This document shows, in pieces, positions 1-11,781 of a stretch of 64,000 nt of DNA. This DNA is from Chiloscyllium plagiosum (Eukaryota). The stretch spans positions 9,253,076 to 9,317,075 of the forward strand of contig NC_057733.1 in assembly GCF_004010195.1 (NCBI RefSeq), given 5' to 3'. Each line of letters opens with the position of its first letter. Within the stretch, counting starts at the first letter, position 1. Both the position numbers and the translations under genes were made by a program. The notes beneath the pieces are model-generated. The model saw only the letters and a program-made list of their open reading frames with translations. It was not told where the DNA came from and ran no database searches.

Positions 1-560
1 AGAAATGGACAAAAGTGTAGAATCCCAGAGGTGAGGTGAGAATGATTGCCGTTGACTTCAGTCAGCATTTAACCAGATGAGGCTTGAGGAAGCCCCAGTA
101 AAAGTTATTGGTAAATCAGGGAGAAGTCTCCATTGGCTGGAAGCATAACACACATAAAGGAAAATGATTGTGATATTGAAGACAAATCATTTCTGCTTCA
201 GCAGTCCTTCAGGCTAGTGACAGGAATCAGTTGCTTCATTAATAACTTTCCGTCTGTCATAAAAGTGGGGATGTTTATTGATAATTGCAGTGTTCAGATG
301 TATTTGCAATTCCTGAGTTATTGAAGCCAGGCTGCTGCAAGACCTGCACAACATTCGATGCTTAGATTGATAAGTGGCAAGTAACACTTCTGCTTCACAA
401 GTGACCTTCTCTGAACAAAAGGCATCTAGCCATCTCCCCTTACTATTTGATGATAGTACCATAATCAAATCCCTCACCATCGACATCCTGAGGTGAGCAT
501 TGACCAGAAGCTTAACTGAATTGGCTATATAAGTTGTTTCAAGAGCAGGTCAGAGGTGCA
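1..560 (+). mobile_element. Decayed CR1/L2-superfamily LINE fragment (RT region)
   Basis: Resembles the reverse complement of the LINE at about 45350-45700 (GATAAGTGGCAAGTAACA, CATTGACCAGAAGCTTAACTG). Confidence 0.55.
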
Positions 561-2475
561 ACAGGAATATAATCATCAGCCAGAGTCTCAGGCACTGAGT
601 TAATGAGTCAGCTAGATATAAACAGAATAAAACAATATGCTGTACACAAAGAAATTTGGTTAGTTTTGTTTTTGATAAGGGCACATAATATTACACTCAT
701 TGAAGACACAGAATAGACTTCAAGCTGAATGTAAAATGCGAAACAAGTTCGTTGACAGAAAATCTTTCTGCCCCCTAAAATCAAGCCCCCTCAACTAGAT
801 TTTACCCTGACAGAAAACTGACTGACAGAGGTATCTGTCCTGAGATCAACCACTCATACTTGCAGGAAACTGGGATTTAAATCCAACTTGCGATGGGGTA
901 TTCCTCCAAGTGTCTACAGGATAAATGGTGTACTTGAGAAAATGGTTTTCAGAGCTTTCTTTGCCATTTTGTCTCCAAATCTGTGTTTACCACACTGCAC
1001 CCCTTAATTAAAAGTTTTTTTATAATTAATTCGTAATCTGAAGCTATTCAAGTGTGTACCTTGCCTTAAACATTAAGACAATGGAGTGTTTTGGAATGTT
1101 TACCTTATCTCAAAAGGAATAGGCGTCCATTCATGAGCCTGTAGCTGTAAGACTCAAGGACAGTCTCCGATAAGATTCTGGATGTATCTTGTTGCTGTCA
1201 TTCTCACAACCTTTTCACAACCCTCTTAAAATGCAGATAGTTAGTATAAGGATATTGGTAGAAATAATACAAAACCTCATTGTTATTAACCACTGATTCT
1301 GAATTACTTACTTTACAACTATAACATTTTTAGCTCCCACTTTTGTTGCAATCTACTCTGGTTATGTCTTCTTTCATTCTGGCTTTGTGTTGTGTAAGTT
1401 AATGTATTAGAATGTGATATCACAAAATGGCTTCATTTAAAGATAACGTGTTTAGTACAAAATGCCAACTTGGCCTTGTCAGATGAGCAGTATGCATGTA
1501 TTGTAAAAAGATTGATAAGTGCCCATGATAAGCAAAATAAATCTATCAAACTAAAAATGTGAAACCCAAGTCTACTTACATCTCAAAATGCCATCATCTG
1601 CATGCTCTCCCGGTTACACACCTTCCTGACTTGGAGTTTTATCACTGTTGCTGGGGCCAGATCCCGAACTCCCTCCTGTGATGTAACTGTGCCTCATGGA
1701 CAGGTTCATGTAAGTGGCTCATGGTCAGTCAGGGATGGGCAGTACTGTGGTGACTTCTGCATTGCTATCATACAGCCTGTTTCTGCTTTATCAAAATATT
1801 GTTACTATCAGGAAGATATCAACTTTGGATAAAAGGAGGCAGCCAAAGGTAGAACCTCCTAAATAGATACAATTGGAATCAGCAAGCCTATTTCTAGAGT
1901 TTCCATCATGGGATCTCTCTCTTCAACTGTTCCACCCCAAGCTCCCACTATTGGCCATCCTGCAGTTTTACTTTGTGAAGCAGCACCTTTCTCAGACTGA
2001 CAGCGAAGGGAAGAGATATTCCCTCACCTGCTGAGGTGAACCTTGTTAGTCAAATGGCAATTTGCTGTCCATCTCCAATACCTTTAGAAATAATAAATGA
2101 AAGTGTTTAAAAAGTGTCCCTATAATTATTTCAGCAATGTCGCTGGGCTTAATCTTTAATTACTGTAAACTCAAGACAATCTTGACGTGTGTCAACCATA
2201 CATCTCTGCTTAAGTGTGCATATCAGTCACACAATCCATCACATCAGTTATGACCTTAAAGGCGTTTTTCATCAACAGTCAGGCTGCCAATAACCTTTGC
2301 TGCCTCAGTGAAATTCCTTGTCCCAAATATGTAATGAAGCATAATTGTCCTTTACATGGCATTAATAAATAAAACCCCCTCTATATTTGTTCTGTATTAG
2401 TTCACACATTTTTCTTCTACTTGCATTGCTTTGTTGTTTTCTGATTCTTTGCTAACAATAAACAAATACTTACAG

Positions 2476-2563
2476 CTTCCCTTGAGAGTACGCAAAAGAT
2501 TGTGAGCTGCTTGATGGATTTTGAGTCCCAAATGGAAGACCTGCAACAATCACTAGCTGAAAG
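2476..2563 (+). other. Candidate exon of unidentified + strand spliced gene
   Basis: Pyrimidine-rich region...TTACAG| 88 nt |AAG GTAAGA; the only open frame reads ASLESTQKIVSCLMDFESQMEDLQQSLAE(R). Confidence 0.4.
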
Positions 2564-2640
2564 GTAAGAACTGCTTTTAAAAATAAGACAGTAACTTTGA
2601 AATGCAATGTGTTATTTTGGACCTTTTGTCCTCCTCGTAG

Positions 2641-2690
2641 ACTTGGCAGCAAATTAAGAAAGGTCTTGCGTGGAATCTTTATTTATCTCG
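2641..2690 (+). other. Candidate exon of unidentified + strand spliced gene
   Basis: CTTTTGTCCTCCTCGTAG acceptor after a 77-nt intron; donor CG|GTGAAC is weak; continues the frame as LGSKLRKVLRGIFIYL. Confidence 0.35.
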
Positions 2691-2884
2691 GTGAACCTCA
2701 TTTAGGAAGTTGGATGAGGAGATCTTTCTCCTGTATATCTTTTGAAAGCAAGAAGTATTATCTGACCGTGATCGAATGATCATAAGACGAATTAGGCTCC
2801 ATCATAAGAAATGTTATTAATTGGCTATGACATTTTCTTGGCTTTCCCCCCCAATATTTCTTAGGGTTTAGCATTGTGTAAGAG

Positions 2885-4260
2885 TCACAGAGTCCGAGAG
2901 ATGTACAGCACGGAAACAGACCCTTCGATCCAGCTCATCCATGCTGACCTGGTATCCCAACCTAATCTAGTCCCACTTGCCAGCACTCAGCCCATATCCC
3001 TCTAAACCCTTCTATTCACATACCCATCCAGATGCCTTTTAAATGTTGCAATTGTACCAGCCTCCACCACTTCTTCTGGCAGCTCATTCCATACACGCAC
3101 CGTCCTTTGTGTGAAAATGTTGACCCATAGGTCTCTTTTATATCTCTTCCCTTTTACCCTAAACCTATGCCCTCTAGTACTGGACTCTCCCATCCCAGGG
3201 AAAAGACTTTGTCCATTTATCCTATCCATGCCGTTCATGATTTATAGACATCTATAAGGTCACCCCTCAGCTTCCGACGTTCCAGCGAAAACAGCCCCAG
3301 CCTATTCAGCCTCACCCTATAGCTCAAATCCTCCAACCCTGGCAACATCCTTGTAAATCTTTTCTGAACAATTTCAAGTTTCACAACATCCTCCCAATAG
3401 GAAGGAGACCAGAATTGCACACAATAATCCAAAAGGCCGAACCAACGTCTTGTACAGTCGCAGCATGACCTCCCAACTCCTGTACTCTCCTATATACCTG
3501 CAAGTCTACTTTCAAGGTGCTTGAACCTGCACTCCAAGGTCTCTTTGTTCAGCAACACTTTACTAATACCATTAAGTGTATAAGTCCTGGTAAGATTTGC
3601 TTTCCCAAAACATGACACCTCGCATTTATCTAAATTAAACTCCATCTGTCAATCCTCAGCCCACTGGATCATCTGATCAAGATCCTGTTGTAATCTGAGG
3701 TAACCTTCTTCACTGTCCACTACACCTCCAATTTTGGTGTCATCTGCAAACTTACTAACTATACCTCTTACGCTCATATCCAAATCATTTATATAAATGA
3801 TGAAAAGTAGTGGACCCAGCACTGATCCTTGTGGCACTCCACTGGTCACAGGCCTCCAGTCTGAAAAACAACCCTCCACCACCACCCTCTGTCTTCTATC
3901 TTTGAGCCAGTTCTGTATCCAAATGGCTAGTTCTCCCTGTATTCCATGAGATCTGACCTTGCCAACCAGTCTCCCAAGGGGAACCTTGTCGAACGCCTTA
4001 CTAAAGTCCATATAGATTACGTCCACCACTCTGCCCTCATCAACCTCTTTGTTACTTCTTCAGAAAACTCAATAAAATTTGTGAGGTATATTTCCCAAGC
4101 ACAAAGCCAAGTTGACCATCCCTAATCAGTCCTTGCCTTTCCAAGTACATGTAAATCCTGTACCCCTGAGGATTCCCTCCAAACTTGCCCACCACCGATG
4201 TCAGGCTCACTGGTCTATTAGTTCCCTGGCTTGTCCTTAAATAGTGGCACCTTACCTTTG
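2885..4260 (-). mobile_element. CR1/HER1-type LINE, 5'-truncated
   Basis: ORFs 3649-4029 (DVIYMDFSKAFDKVP...SGVPQGSVLGPLLF...KFADDTK), 3235-3432, 3002-3238; CR1 3' tail. Confidence 0.93.
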
Positions 4261-4289
4261 ACTATCGATGATAGAAATATCTCAGAGGG

Positions 4290-4530
4290 TAGGAATAGGA
4301 GTATAAAGCAGATGATTGTGTGGCTGAGGAGCTGGTGTATGGGCAAAGGATTCACATTTTTGGATCATTGGGATCTCTTCTAGGGTAGAAGTGACCTGTA
4401 CAAGAAGGATGGATTGCACCTGAATTGGAAGGGGACTAATATACTGGCAGGGAGATTTGCTAGAGCTGCTCAGGAGGATTTAAACTAGTAAGGTGAAGGG
4501 TTGCGACCCAGAGAGATAGTGAGGAAAGCC
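4290..4530 (+). mobile_element. CR1 ORF1 esterase (SGNH) fragment
   Basis: Translates as WLRSWCMGKGFTFLDHWDLF*GRSDLYKKDGLHLNWKGTNILAGRF, typical of vertebrate CR1 ORF1. Confidence 0.75.
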
Positions 4531-4711
4531 ATCAGTGGATCATGCATCCTCTTAGATTAAGAATGCACAATTCACTATCCACTCTTAGTTACACAATCCT
4601 GTAAGGATTATAACACTGAACTTAGAGCATTGAGTGAACTATTGTATGCATTTACAGAAAGTGAAATTCACTTTTGCAATATTCAAGAAACTAAGTTGAT
4701 TACCAAACATA

Positions 4712-5272
4712 CATGGAGGCCTGTTGAAGTTGTACAGCACATTGGTGAGGCCTGTTCTGGTTTACTGTATGCACTTCTGGTCGCCCTGTTTTAGGAAGGA
4801 TATTATTAAATTGGAGAAGGTTCAGAAGAGATTTACTAGTATGTTGCCAGGAATGGAGGGTTTGGGTTATAAGGAGAGGCTGGAACATTGAAGGTTGAGG
4901 GGTAACCTTATGAAGGTTTATAAATTCTTGGGGGACATAGATAAGGTGACTGGCAGGTGTCTTTTCCCTAGGTTGGAGGATTTCAAGACTCGGGTGCATA
5001 TTCTTCAGGTGAGAGGAAAAAAATTTAAAAAGGACATGAGGGACAACTTTTTATATAGCGAGTGGTTCTTGTGTGGAATGAACTTCCAGAGAAAGTGGTG
5101 GAATCGGGTATAGTTACAATGTTTGAAAGACCTTTGGATAAGTACATGAATAGGAAATGTTTGGAGGGATATGGGCCAAACCACAGGCAGGTGGAACTAG
5201 CTTAGTTTGGGATTATAGTCAGCATGGACTGGTTGGGCCAAAGGATCTGTTTCTGTGTTGTATGACTCTGTG
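4712..5272 (+). mobile_element. CR1/HER1-type LINE 3' fragment
   Basis: ORF 4895-5113 (RGNLMKVYK) and CR1 3' UTR/tail. Confidence 0.88.
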
Positions 5273-5630
5273 ACGTTGATGAATCTCATTCTGATTTGTT
5301 AATTTATATGCCTCATTTTATGACAAAGAGGTTAACTTTACAGATTCTCTTGGCATAAGGTGACTTTGATAGCACGCTTATCAAAACAGAACTTTGTTTT
5401 ACTTCTTGCTGTTAATATTGAGGGTATTGCTTTATTATTACGTTATTCTGATACAAATGTGGTCACAACTTAGATTATTATCTTGAATATTACAGTATGT
5501 TTGAATTAAAATTAATTCAGTACAAGAGGGGGCTGTTAAGCCCGAAAAGCCTCTTTGACGTTTATGCAATTTGTCTTAGTCCCTTATTTATTTTTCATAT
5601 TCATCAAAATTTCCATTTGAATATATATAT

Positions 5631-5913
5631 GGGTGGCATGGTGGCTCAGTGGTTAACACTGCTGCCTCATAGCACCAGGAACCCAGGTTTGATTCCAGCC
5701 TCGGGCAACTATGTGGAGTTTGCATGTTCTCTGCAGGTTAGATGAATTGACTATGCTAAAGTGCCCATTGTGTTCAGGGATGTGTAGGTTAGGTGTATTA
5801 GTAGGGGTAAATGTAGAGTAATAGGCTAGGGGAATGGATCTGTATGGGTGTGGACTTGTTGGGCCTAATGGCCTGTTTCCACATTGTAGGGATTCTATTC
5901 TGTTCTATTCTAT
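5631..5913 (+). mobile_element. HE1-like tRNA-derived V-SINE (internally deleted)
   Basis: A-box GTGGCTCAGTGG, B-box GGTTTGATTCC, V-domain TGTGGAGTTTGCATGTTCTC, CR1-like tail with TTCTA repeats. Confidence 0.85.
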
Positions 5914-7705
5914 GAATATTACTATTACATCTGCTTTCATCACTCTTTCACGCAGTGTATTCTAGATCATTAACTTACTACTTAATAAAAAAAATCTCCA
6001 AATTGTTGCTCTCGCCAGTCATCATAAATCTTTGTCCTGTGGTTTCTGATCATCTTACCAGAGGAAACAACTTCTCCTTATTTACTCTAAATTGATTGAT
6101 CATTTTAATTATCTGTTAATTTTCCCTGGAAGTAGAACAATCCTAGTTTCTCTGGTCTGTTCACATAATTGAAGTCCTTCATCTTTGGTACCATTCTAGT
6201 AATTCTCCTCAGCTGTCTCTAAGATACCTTCACTAAGGTTTGGTAAGGTTTCGGAGATATTAGAATTGTTTACAGTGCTACACTTCAGGCCAAACAGATA
6301 TAAAGAAGAAGGCTTGAGCCAAGCCTTAGTCACGAGTAGACAGAAATACTACCAGAGTTAAAAGGCTAACATCTTGCAGCCACAGCGAACTGGAAAGGAT
6401 CTCGCTATTCACATGAGGATCACTGTAGCTATTAGAATAGCACAATTACTGAGAGCTAATTGGGAAGAATAGTGTCTCCCAGTAACAGATCTGCTTCTTC
6501 AAATCCCATTAATGAGTCTGAAAGCTTGACCGGTCACTAAGATACTCCCTGAATCCTGCAGACATGTCTGCTTTCAGATGTTGGATTTGCCACATCTGCC
6601 ATGGAAGATTGACTTAGTTCCAACCTTCCATTGACGGATGCTTCATCTTATACTATATAGGACACAGAGGTAATGTGCTCCAAATTCACTTAGCTCGCAC
6701 ATATTAAATACATGCCTTACTTCTAAAGGTAGAATCATCCCAAGCCTTAGTTTGAATGCAGTACTAGTAATGTGCAGGACTTTGAGCATCAAACAGTACT
6801 TTGCATATGGAGACAAGTGAGTCTAGTCTGGAAATGAACCAGTATTAAAACTAATTGGATCCAGGCTCACTGTTCAAACAACCTGTTTTTGCTTTTTTGA
6901 TATCTTTATACATCTGTAAATAAGCATTCAAGATTAAAGGTAGTCATGTAGAACAAATGTTAATCAAAAGTAATAGGTAAGAATCTACAAGTCATCAACT
7001 AGCTTTAATTGTACAAATCTGTGATTTGAGACTGAAGGAACACGGACAACTGTAATAAAGGAGCATTGCAACTGGAAAAGCTCAGTAAATGGTTACCAAT
7101 GTTGAACACCTGAGTGTTACTTAATCAATTGACTTATAGAAATTTTTGGTTACATATAAATAGAATGAATAATACTCATCACTTTCTGTGGTGGATGTTC
7201 TAGCAACTGCTTTTTTGTTTTTCAAACTCACCTTGCTTTCATCCTCTACCTACTCCCATGTTCATTTTTCAATAAAGGCAAACAGTAAGATAACTATGGT
7301 GACGTGTGACCCTGTCACTTTTTCATATTTGAAGTAGTCATTCCAGGAAAGGATAGCCAGACCGTTTCATTTAATGGATGAGAGCACTGATCAGAAATGA
7401 AAATGCATATTCCACAAATATAATACAAAACAAAAGATGCCCAATCAGTATTCAATGGCAACAGGTGACAAGCTCCAAGCTGTCAGAAGAGTCAGCAGGC
7501 AAGATGGAGAAAAGGTTCAATGTACTTGGCTGCAAAACTACCCATATTTTTAGTATCTGCTCAAATGCTTCATTATGAAATGCTTTCTAAACTACTTAGA
7601 AACAATAATACTGCAAACTTACTGTTGCAAACCAGTTTCCTAAAATGTATGAGAAATGGCACTGTGATAGTTCTGTGTTTATTGTGTCATGTTCTCTTGA
7701 TTCAG

Positions 7706-7767
7706 GTTTAGTCAGGTGAAGAATCTGATGGCATCCTTACCTCAGAAATTGCCATTCAAACCTTCAC
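7706..7767 (+). other. Candidate exon of unidentified + strand spliced gene
   Basis: TTCTCTTGATTCAG acceptor (alternative AG ending at 7715) and AC|GTGAGT donor. Confidence 0.35.
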
Positions 7768-7789
7768 GTGAGTAACTATTTAGGTTTTA

Positions 7790-9960
7790 CATATGAACAT
7801 ATGAAAGAATCTACCTTTTGTCCCTAAAAATATTAAAAAGACCATATCTTCACTGTCTTCTGTGGGGAGAGTTCCAAAGACTCATGACTCATTATAACAA
7901 AATTCTCACTATCCTTTTGTTAAATGAGCCATCCCTTTTTTAAAACAGTGATCTTTAGTTACAGATTCCCCCACAAATTTATAAATTCTTTCCACCTCCA
8001 TTCTTCATGACCCAAGATGTTATATTTCAACTGAGATGCCTCTTACTGAACTAAACTTCAACATATACAAACCAAGTCTATCCAATCTCTCCTTGTAAGA
8101 GAACCTGTTCACTCCAGGTATTAATCAAATAAATCTTCTTTGAACTGCTTCCAATATATTTATATCCATCCTTTAATAAGGTGATCAATATTGTACAGTA
8201 TTCCAGATGTGGCCTCTTAATGCCCTGTATAACTGAAGCAAAACTTTCCCACTTGTGTACTGAACCCTTTTCCAAAAGTGATTGCGTTCTATTTGCTTTT
8301 CTAATTACTTTTTAGTGATTCATGCACTGGGACACCCTGTTCCCTCTGAAATCTTTCACCATTTAGATAAAAATGTTTTTTCTTCCTGACAATGGACAAT
8401 TTCACATTTTCCCACACTCTACTCAATTTGCCAATATTTCTGACCTATCTATATCACTTGGTAAACTCTGTGTTCTCTTCACCACTTTCCTACATATATT
8501 TGTGCCATCTGCCAATGTAGCACCCAGACCTGCCATCCATGCATAAAATTGTAAAAGGTTGGGGCACCAGCACTGATTGTTGTGGCACACTACTCACTAC
8601 ATCTTGTCAACAAGAAAATATCCCATTTTCACCTATTCTATGTCTCTCATTGGCTAGCCAGTTTTCTATCTATGCTGATATATTACCTCTACAGCATAAG
8701 CTTTTAATGTCCTTCGATGTACCACTTCTTGAATACCTTCTGGCAATCTAAGTCTGGAATATCTACTGTACCCCTTTATCCACAGCACATATTACTTAAA
8801 GAACTCCAAAAAAAATGGTTTAAACATGAATTCAATTTTTAAAAATCTGCGTTTAATGAGGACCACGAAACTATTGTTGATGATTGTATGAAAAACCCAT
8901 TTGGTTCACTAATGTCCTATGGGGAAGAAAACTATCATTCTTACCTAGTTTGATCTACATGTGACTCCAGACCCACAGCAATGTGGTTGACTTTTAACTG
9001 CCCTCTGGGCAATTAGGGATGGATACTAAATGCTGCCTAGCCAGTGATGCCCTCATCGCGTCACGAATAATTTCCCTTTCACAAAACCATGTTGTCTCTA
9101 GTTGATTATTTTGGAACTATTTCAAATGCTATGCTACAAAACTTAAATAGTGACTTCTAACATCTTTCTTAGGACAGATGTTAACCTAACTGGTCTGTAG
9201 CTACCTGCTTTCTGTGCCCCCCACCCCCATTGATTAAAGGAGTTGGTTTCACTGTTTTCCAAAAAATCCAACTTTCTCCAAATCTAAGGAATTTTGGAAA
9301 ATTAGAATCAATGAACTAACTTTCTCACTCGTCACTGCTTTCAAGACTCTAGGATGAAATCCATCAGGAACCCAGCTCCAATGATCTGTTTAGTAGCATT
9401 TTTTCAGTGTTTGGGATTTTCTTGAAACTTTTTTTCCTCCCTTCCATTTATAGTTATTTCTATGATGCAACTAGTATCTTCTACAATGAAGACTGGTCCA
9501 AGTTACTTGTTCAATTCATCTGCCTTCTCCTTAATCTCCATCATTTAGTTACTTACTTTCTATAGGGCCAACACTCGGTTAACCTCATTTCTTTTCAAAA
9601 TATCTACAGAAACTGATTTTTAATATTTTGAGCTGGTCTCCCTCGTACTCTTAATTTTGCCCTCATAGTTTTTGGCTGTTTGGACAGAATATGAAAATCA
9701 TCTGACTCTCCCACCATCTTTATATTTTTGTTTTCATTAACTTTGATACTAATATTTTTAGTTGACCATGGATGGCAGGTCCTCCTCTTGATTTTTTTTT
9801 TCCTTTTTGTTGGAAAATATCTGCATATTGTATTGTGAAATATCCACTGAAATGTCTGCCATAGTATCTCTAATGGCTTAAACTATTTTAAGTGGCATCC
9901 TTTAATTTGCTTTCATGCCCTCAGAACTAGCCTTATTTTAAATTTAAAATTCTAGTCTTG
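7790..9960 (-). mobile_element. Old, decayed CR1 LINE interrupted by a SINE
   Basis: RPHLEYC remnant (ORF 8078-8275), CATTTTCCCACA and other CR1 ORF2 motifs. Confidence 0.7.
8853..9068 (+). mobile_element. SINE 3' portion sharing its tail with the LINE ending near 44300
   Basis: GGTTCACTAATGTCC...GTGACTCCAGACCCACAGCAATGTGGTTGAC...GGGCAATTAGGGATGG...GCCAGTGATGCCC; tail matches the reverse complement of about 44300-44365. Confidence 0.7.
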
Positions 9961-10119
9961 GACATTCTCCTCCCTCAAAATCTTTGTGATTGTTCGCACC
10001 TAGAAGTGGGTTCGCAATGATGTTATTAATTAATCCTATCCTTGCACAATTACAGGTTTGCTCACAGGCTCCAGAATATGTTGGAGAACTCATCTCAACT
10101 ACCTTTGCCCATCCAATAT

Positions 10120-10230
10120 AGTTTTGAAGGTCACTGGACCCGAAACTTTGGCTCTGCTTTCTCTCCACAGATGCTGCCAGACCGGCTGTATTTTACCAGC
10201 AATTTCTGTTTGTGTTTTTGATTCCCAACA
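10120..10230 (+). mobile_element. Penelope-derived terminal-repeat fragment
   Basis: GAAGGTCACTGGACCCGAAAC...CTCTCCACAGATGCTGCCAGACC; related to 26535-26720 and 57850-57958. Confidence 0.55.
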
Positions 10231-10998
10231 TTGGGATAATCATTGGTTTTTATTGCCACATCTCTTTCAGCCCACCTTCAAAAAGTTCTGCTCCATTCTA
10301 ATCTATTTTTCTTGTTCACCAAGATTTTCCAGTCAATTTGTACCTTAAAATCCATAAGATTATTGCCAAATGTTTCTGACCAGTTCCCATTATTTTTTCC
10401 TCTAACTACATGGTACGATAGAGTACAGTTACAAACCCTTTAAGCCATTCATACAAGTGTCTTCCTCCCTTTATACATACTGGGGACAGATTTTGCACTG
10501 GCTAGACACTCATTTTGAGAGTATAGATGGGAATTGTGCATGCTGACCCTGCAAAATTCCATTTTGGCAGTCTCCAAAAAGAATTATTTAGGAAGTTGAA
10601 TTTTTCTCCTGGAACTTACTTTAGGAAAAGTTAGACCTAGTCCAACTCCCGAGTAATAGATCGATCACTATTGTCCTACTCCCTCAGTAGAGAGTGGGAG
10701 ACATTACTGGTGGTGGTTTAACCTAACAGTCATCATGCCTCAAGCAGGAGGAGAACTTGGAGAAAATGGGATCTTTATGATCTCAGCCAATGGCAACTAC
10801 TGGATCATCCCCCTCCTACTGAGAATTCTTTTCCAACCCTGAATAGCGGTGCTCCAACTGGCAGGCATCACATCCTTCTGAATTCTCTCCACCTGAGAAG
10901 GAAAGACCAATACAGTTTCCAGAGAGAAGGTTGCCATAATGTATCTGGTAGTCTCCCCATGTGGTCTGGGAACTATGGGTTAAATGTCCTAATAATTA

Positions 10999-11100
10999 AA
11001 GTCAAAAATCACACAACATCAGGTTATCCTGTTAGACAATAACTCAGTGTCATGTGATTTTTGACTTTGTCCACCCCAGACCAACATTGGCACCTCCACA
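10999..11100. mobile_element. Short hairpin-shaped insertion (likely Penelope-derived) with 9-bp TSD
   Basis: Inverted arms AAGTCAAAAATCACAC / ATGTGATTTTTGACTT; TAATAATTA direct repeat at 10990-10998 and 11101-11109. Confidence 0.65.
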
Positions 11101-11714
11101 TAATAATTAGTTAGTTCATGCTGTCATTGACTATCTGCCTCCCATTAGCTAAGCCACGGTTATTCCTACTCCTCAAAGTATCCCAAGATAGCAGCTGCCA
11201 TTAAAGCAGACCTCACCTCCCAGCCTGTAAATTTCTGAGGAGGTGCCCCGTGGAAAACTTGTATTTATTTTGTGCCTGATCACATTCTTCTTCATGTTCA
11301 ATTAATTAATTCTAATTAATATGTATAAAACAATTGCAATATCTCACAAACAGCAAAGTTAGTTTATACAGCTTTCATGACATCAGGTTGGCCTAAAGCA
11401 GCCCATTAAATACTTGCTACCTAGATGCACCATGATGTCCCAATACAGAGGGGAACAATAGCCAAACATTAGTGACATTGATTACAGGCTAAATATTGAT
11501 CAGGGCACCTGTTGCCTTGCATGACTTTTGTCTTAGGATCTTTCCATACATCCAAAAGTATATATTGTGCAACTTCTGAAGCATGTGTTTAATGGACACT
11601 GAATAGTGGATCATATCCTGATAAATGGTCTTTCCATACAACGCAACATGTTGTTTTTAAATAGTTTGGAGTTTACTCAGTGGTTAATTATATTGTTTGT
11701 GGGTGAACCTACAG

Positions 11715-11781
11715 ATACAGCTTCAACCAAACTGACCTCAGTACCTGGCTATGGATCCCGCCCACAAACAAGCTGCAGGAG
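11715..11781 (+). other. Candidate exon of unidentified + strand spliced gene
   Basis: CCTACAG acceptor and GAG|GTAAGG donor; two open frames. Confidence 0.3.

Noticed and set aside
1812-1848. Possible extra + strand exon (CAG|...AAG|GTAGAA, KISTLDKRRQPK)
   Set aside because: Weak pyrimidine tract and donor; cannot be distinguished from chance
2475-2540. Minus-strand exon reading (TTGTTGCAG...CT|GTAAGT)
   Set aside because: No partner exons found on the minus strand; the + strand reading has a stronger donor and a matching acceptor 77 nt downstream, though neither is proven
5631-5705. tRNA-like A/B boxes (also at 23457-23496 and 23040-23113)
   Set aside because: SINE heads, not tRNA genes; no cloverleaf or terminator
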